DNA of 64,000 nt from Candidatus Hydrogenedentota bacterium (GTDB lineage: Bacteria; Hydrogenedentota; Hydrogenedentia; Hydrogenedentales; SLHB01), in the NCBI GenBank assembly GCA_963668025.2, contig CAXXTH010000017.1:992001-1056000 (forward strand), read 5' to 3'. Below the pieces are notes generated by a model. It saw only the letters and a list, made by a program, of their open reading frames with translations, searched no databases and was not told where the DNA came from. How positions within the stretch are numbered: position 1 is the stretch's first letter; every line of letters starts with the position of its first letter. A program made the translations under genes and the position numbers. This document shows, piece by piece, positions 61,420 to 64,000 of the stretch.

Positions 61420-61433
61420 GGAGAGCATGAACC

Positions 61434-61841
61434 ATGTTGATGCCGAAACGTACCAAGCACCGTAAAGTTCAGCGTGGCCGCCGTAGGGGCATGTCCAAAG
61501 GCGGACAGAATGTGGATTTTGGCGAATATGGCTTGAAGGCCATGCGCGACGGCTGGATAACCGCCCGCCAGATTGAGGCGGCTCGTATGGCGCTAACCCG
61601 CACGATTCGCCGTGGCGGAAAGGTGTGGATCCGGGTATTCCCGGACAAGCCCATCACGAAGAAGCCGGCTGAAACCCGCATGGGTAAAGGCAAAGGCGCC
61701 CCGGAAGAGTGGGTAGCCGTTGTAAAGCCTGGAAGGGTGATGTTCGAGTTGGAAGGGATTACCGAAGAGCTTGCGCGCGAAGCCGTGCGCTTAGCGGGCC
61801 ACAAACTTCCTATTGAGACGAAGTTCGTAAAGAGGGCCTAA
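61434..61841 (+). CDS. rplP: 50S ribosomal protein L16
   Basis: RQIEAAR, RMGKGKG. Confidence 0.99.
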   Translation: MLMPKRTKHRKVQRGRRRGMSKGGQNVDFGEYGLKAMRDGWITARQIEAARMALTRTIRRGGKVWIRVFPDKPITKKPAETRMGKGKGAPEEWVAVVKPGRVMFELEGITEELAREAVRLAGHKLPIETKFVKRA

Positions 61842-61880
61842 TACAGGGTTTGTGGCGGGCAGGCCGAATGGAGAAGATCG

Positions 61881-62090
61881 GTGAAAGCAAGTGAACTGCG
61901 AGAATTGACCGGTGAAGAGTTGCAGCAGCGGCTGCAGGAACGGACCGATACGATTCGGACTTTCCGGTTTCAGATGGCTACGAGCCATGTGGAGAATGTG
62001 CGCGGGGTGCGCAATGCCCGGCGGGATGTAGCGCGCATTAAAACGATCCTGCGTGAACGGGAACTGGCTGCAACCAAAGAGGCGAAGTGA
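61881..62090 (+). CDS. rpmC: 50S ribosomal protein L29
   Basis: [16 protein letters not shown], and position in the operon. Confidence 0.97.
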   Translation: MKASELRELTGEELQQRLQERTDTIRTFRFQMATSHVENVRGVRNARRDVARIKTILRERELAATKEAK

Positions 62091-62353
62091 CGAAGATGGA
62101 AGAGCAAGGCCGCAGGAAAGAGCGCATAGGGCTAGTGACCAGCAACGCCATGGAAAAAACCGTGACGGTGAGTGTGGAACGCCTGGTGCCGCATCGCTTA
62201 TACAATAAAGCCATTAAACGCACGAAGAAATTTAAAGCCCATGATCAAGAAAACCAATGCAGCGTGGGCGACGTGGTGCGGATTCAGGAGACGCGGCCTT
62301 TGAGCAAGACCAAGCGGTGGCGCGTCGTGGAAATCGTTAAAAAGGTGGAATAG
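62087..62353 (+). CDS. rpsQ: 30S ribosomal protein S17
   Basis: [18 protein letters not shown]. Confidence 0.98.
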   Translation: MTKMEEQGRRKERIGLVTSNAMEKTVTVSVERLVPHRLYNKAIKRTKKFKAHDQENQCSVGDVVRIQETRPLSKTKRWRVVEIVKKVE

Positions 62354-62414
62354 CGCTGCGGCGCTGGCCGGAGCGGTGGGCCGCTGGGGCCTGACCAAGG
62401 CGGGATGGATACCC

Positions 62415-62783
62415 ATGATTCAGATTTATTCGAACCTCGATGTGGCGGATAACACAGGCGCGCGGCGCATCCGCTGTATACAAGTGATGGGCGGCACGCG
62501 ACGCCGGTATGGACGCTTAGGCGACATCATTACCGCGTCCGTCCGTGAGGCGCTGCCGAACTCGGCCGTCAAAAAAGGCGATATCGTGAAAGCGGTGATC
62601 GTTCGCACCAAAAAGGACACGCAGCGCCCGGATGGGACTGTGATCCGCTTTGATTCGAATGCGGCCGTGATCATTAATGCGCAAAAAGAGCCTCGTGGAA
62701 CACGTATTTTCGGGCCCGTGCCGCGTGAATTGCGTGATAAGGGTTATATGCGTATTGTTTCACTGGCGCCGGAAGTCGTTTGA
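62415..62783 (+). CDS. rplN: 50S ribosomal protein L14
   Basis: [21 protein letters not shown]. Confidence 0.99.
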   Translation: MIQIYSNLDVADNTGARRIRCIQVMGGTRRRYGRLGDIITASVREALPNSAVKKGDIVKAVIVRTKKDTQRPDGTVIRFDSNAAVIINAQKEPRGTRIFGPVPRELRDKGYMRIVSLAPEVV

Positions 62784-62844
62784 GGAATAGAATCCCGCAG
62801 GCGGCCTCAACATCCGCTGGAGTGCGAGAAAAGGAAACAAGGCC

Positions 62845-63159
62845 ATGCATATCAGGAAAAACGACACCGTCGTGGTTATCACGGGAAAATATAAGGGACG
62901 CCGTGGGCGCGTATTGCGCGTGCTGGCGAAAGAAGACCGGCTTGTGGTGGAAGGCGTAAATATGATTAAAAAGCATATGCGCCCTCGTACGCAAAACCAG
63001 CAAGGCGGCATTGTGGAACGGGAAGGCACCATTCATATGTCGAATGTGATGCCGTGGTGTGAGACCGCAAGCCGCCCATCGCGGATCGTGATGAAGCGGC
63101 TGGAAGATGGCTCCCGTGTCCGCACGTATAAAGTCAACGGTGAAACGTTAAACGATTAG
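62845..63159 (+). CDS. rplX: 50S ribosomal protein L24
   Basis: KOW motif DTVVVITGKYKG, VEGVN, IHMSNV. Confidence 0.98.
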   Translation: MHIRKNDTVVVITGKYKGRRGRVLRVLAKEDRLVVEGVNMIKKHMRPRTQNQQGGIVEREGTIHMSNVMPWCETASRPSRIVMKRLEDGSRVRTYKVNGETLND

Positions 63160-63288
63160 TGGACGGCAGTTGGCGCATCGGCGCAAGCGGATGCGGGGAA
63201 CGGTTGAAGGGCGGAGCGATCCGTAGCCAGCCAGGCGAGAATCCTGGCGTTTGGTCAGCGAGACGCTACGCGAAGAGAGGCAAGAACC

Positions 63289-63834
63289 GTGGCAGCAAGA
63301 TTACGAGAGCGGTATGTAACTGAAATCCGGCCCGCTATGCAGAAAGAATACAACCATAGCACCGTGATGGCAGTGCCCAAGCTGGACAAAATTGTCATTA
63401 ATATGGGCGTCGGCGAAGCGCAGACGGAGCCCCGGCTCCTGGATGCGGCCATAGTGGAGCTGGGCGCTATCACGGGCCAGAAAGCGGCTATCCGCAAAGC
63501 CCGCCGCTCGATTGCGGCGTTCAAAGTGCGCGAAGGCGCGAACAATGCATGCATGGTCACCCTTCGCGGCGATCGGATGTACGAATTTATGGACCGCATG
63601 CTGAACATCGCCATTCCGCGTATTCGTGACTTTCGCGGCATATCCCCTAAGAGTTTCGACCAGCAAGGGAATTTCACGCTGGGATTAAAAGAGCAGACGA
63701 TATTTCCTGAGATTGACATGGACAAAGTGGTCAAGGTCCGTGGAATGAACATTACGTTTGTAATTGGAAACTCGGCAAACATAGATGAGAATCGGGAACT
63801 GCTCCGCCGGTTCGGAATGCCTTTCAGAAACTAG
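63289..63834 (+). CDS. rplE: 50S ribosomal protein L5
   Basis: KIVINMGVG, PRIRDFRG, EQTIFPEI. Confidence 0.99.
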   Translation: MAARLRERYVTEIRPAMQKEYNHSTVMAVPKLDKIVINMGVGEAQTEPRLLDAAIVELGAITGQKAAIRKARRSIAAFKVREGANNACMVTLRGDRMYEFMDRMLNIAIPRIRDFRGISPKSFDQQGNFTLGLKEQTIFPEIDMDKVVKVRGMNITFVIGNSANIDENRELLRRFGMPFRN

Positions 63835-63853
63835 GCGGACGGGAGTTTACATC

Positions 63854-64000
63854 GTGGCAAAGAAATGCAAATTCGAGAAAAAGAAGCGGTTGACGAAGCT
63901 GATTGTGCGCTATGCGGCGCGCCGCGAGCAGATCAAGACGGTGATCGCGAATCCCGAGTCGACCATGGAAGAGCGTTTGGCGGCGTATGGCAAGCTTGCT
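63854..64000 (+). CDS. rpsN: 30S ribosomal protein S14 (long form), 3' truncated by window edge
   Basis: GTG start after GGGAG: MAKKCKFEKKKRLTKLIVRYAARREQIKTVIANPESTMEERLAAYGKLA. Follows rplE. Confidence 0.9.
   Translation, partial: MAKKCKFEKKKRLTKLIVRYAARREQIKTVIANPESTMEERLAAYGKLA

Overview
Bacterial chromosomal window, GC-rich by eye. An EG-repeat linker and Pro-initiated C-terminal anchors hint at Candidatus Hydrogenedentota, but this is an inference only. The left 44 kb is a patchwork of accessory and metabolic genes: secreted hydrolases (C25 gingipain-like peptidase, lysyl-endopeptidase-like protease, GH5), an Mre11/YhaO-YhaN nuclease-ATPase pair, surface glycosylation genes, CoA-disulfide reductase-rhodanese, ferredoxin, a PilZ/pseudo-receiver protein and a queD-queF-tauE operon. 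Many intergenic spacers there carry short palindromic repeats from at least six unrelated REP-like families. The right 20 kb is core: rpoB-rpoC, the str operon, the S10 operon and the start of the spc operon. Most notable: (1) both queuosine-precursor genes are split by single-base frame changes about 350 bp apart, and the queF one lies at an in-frame C_CCU_UUC slippery heptamer, while the other long ORFs look intact; (2) RpoB has His at the E. coli Q513 rifampicin contact; (3) nested REP/REPIN-like elements show compensatory substitutions; (4) S12 has an insertion; (5) there are unannotated small ORFs and deletion remnants. No CRISPR array, rRNA, tRNA or transposase was recognised.
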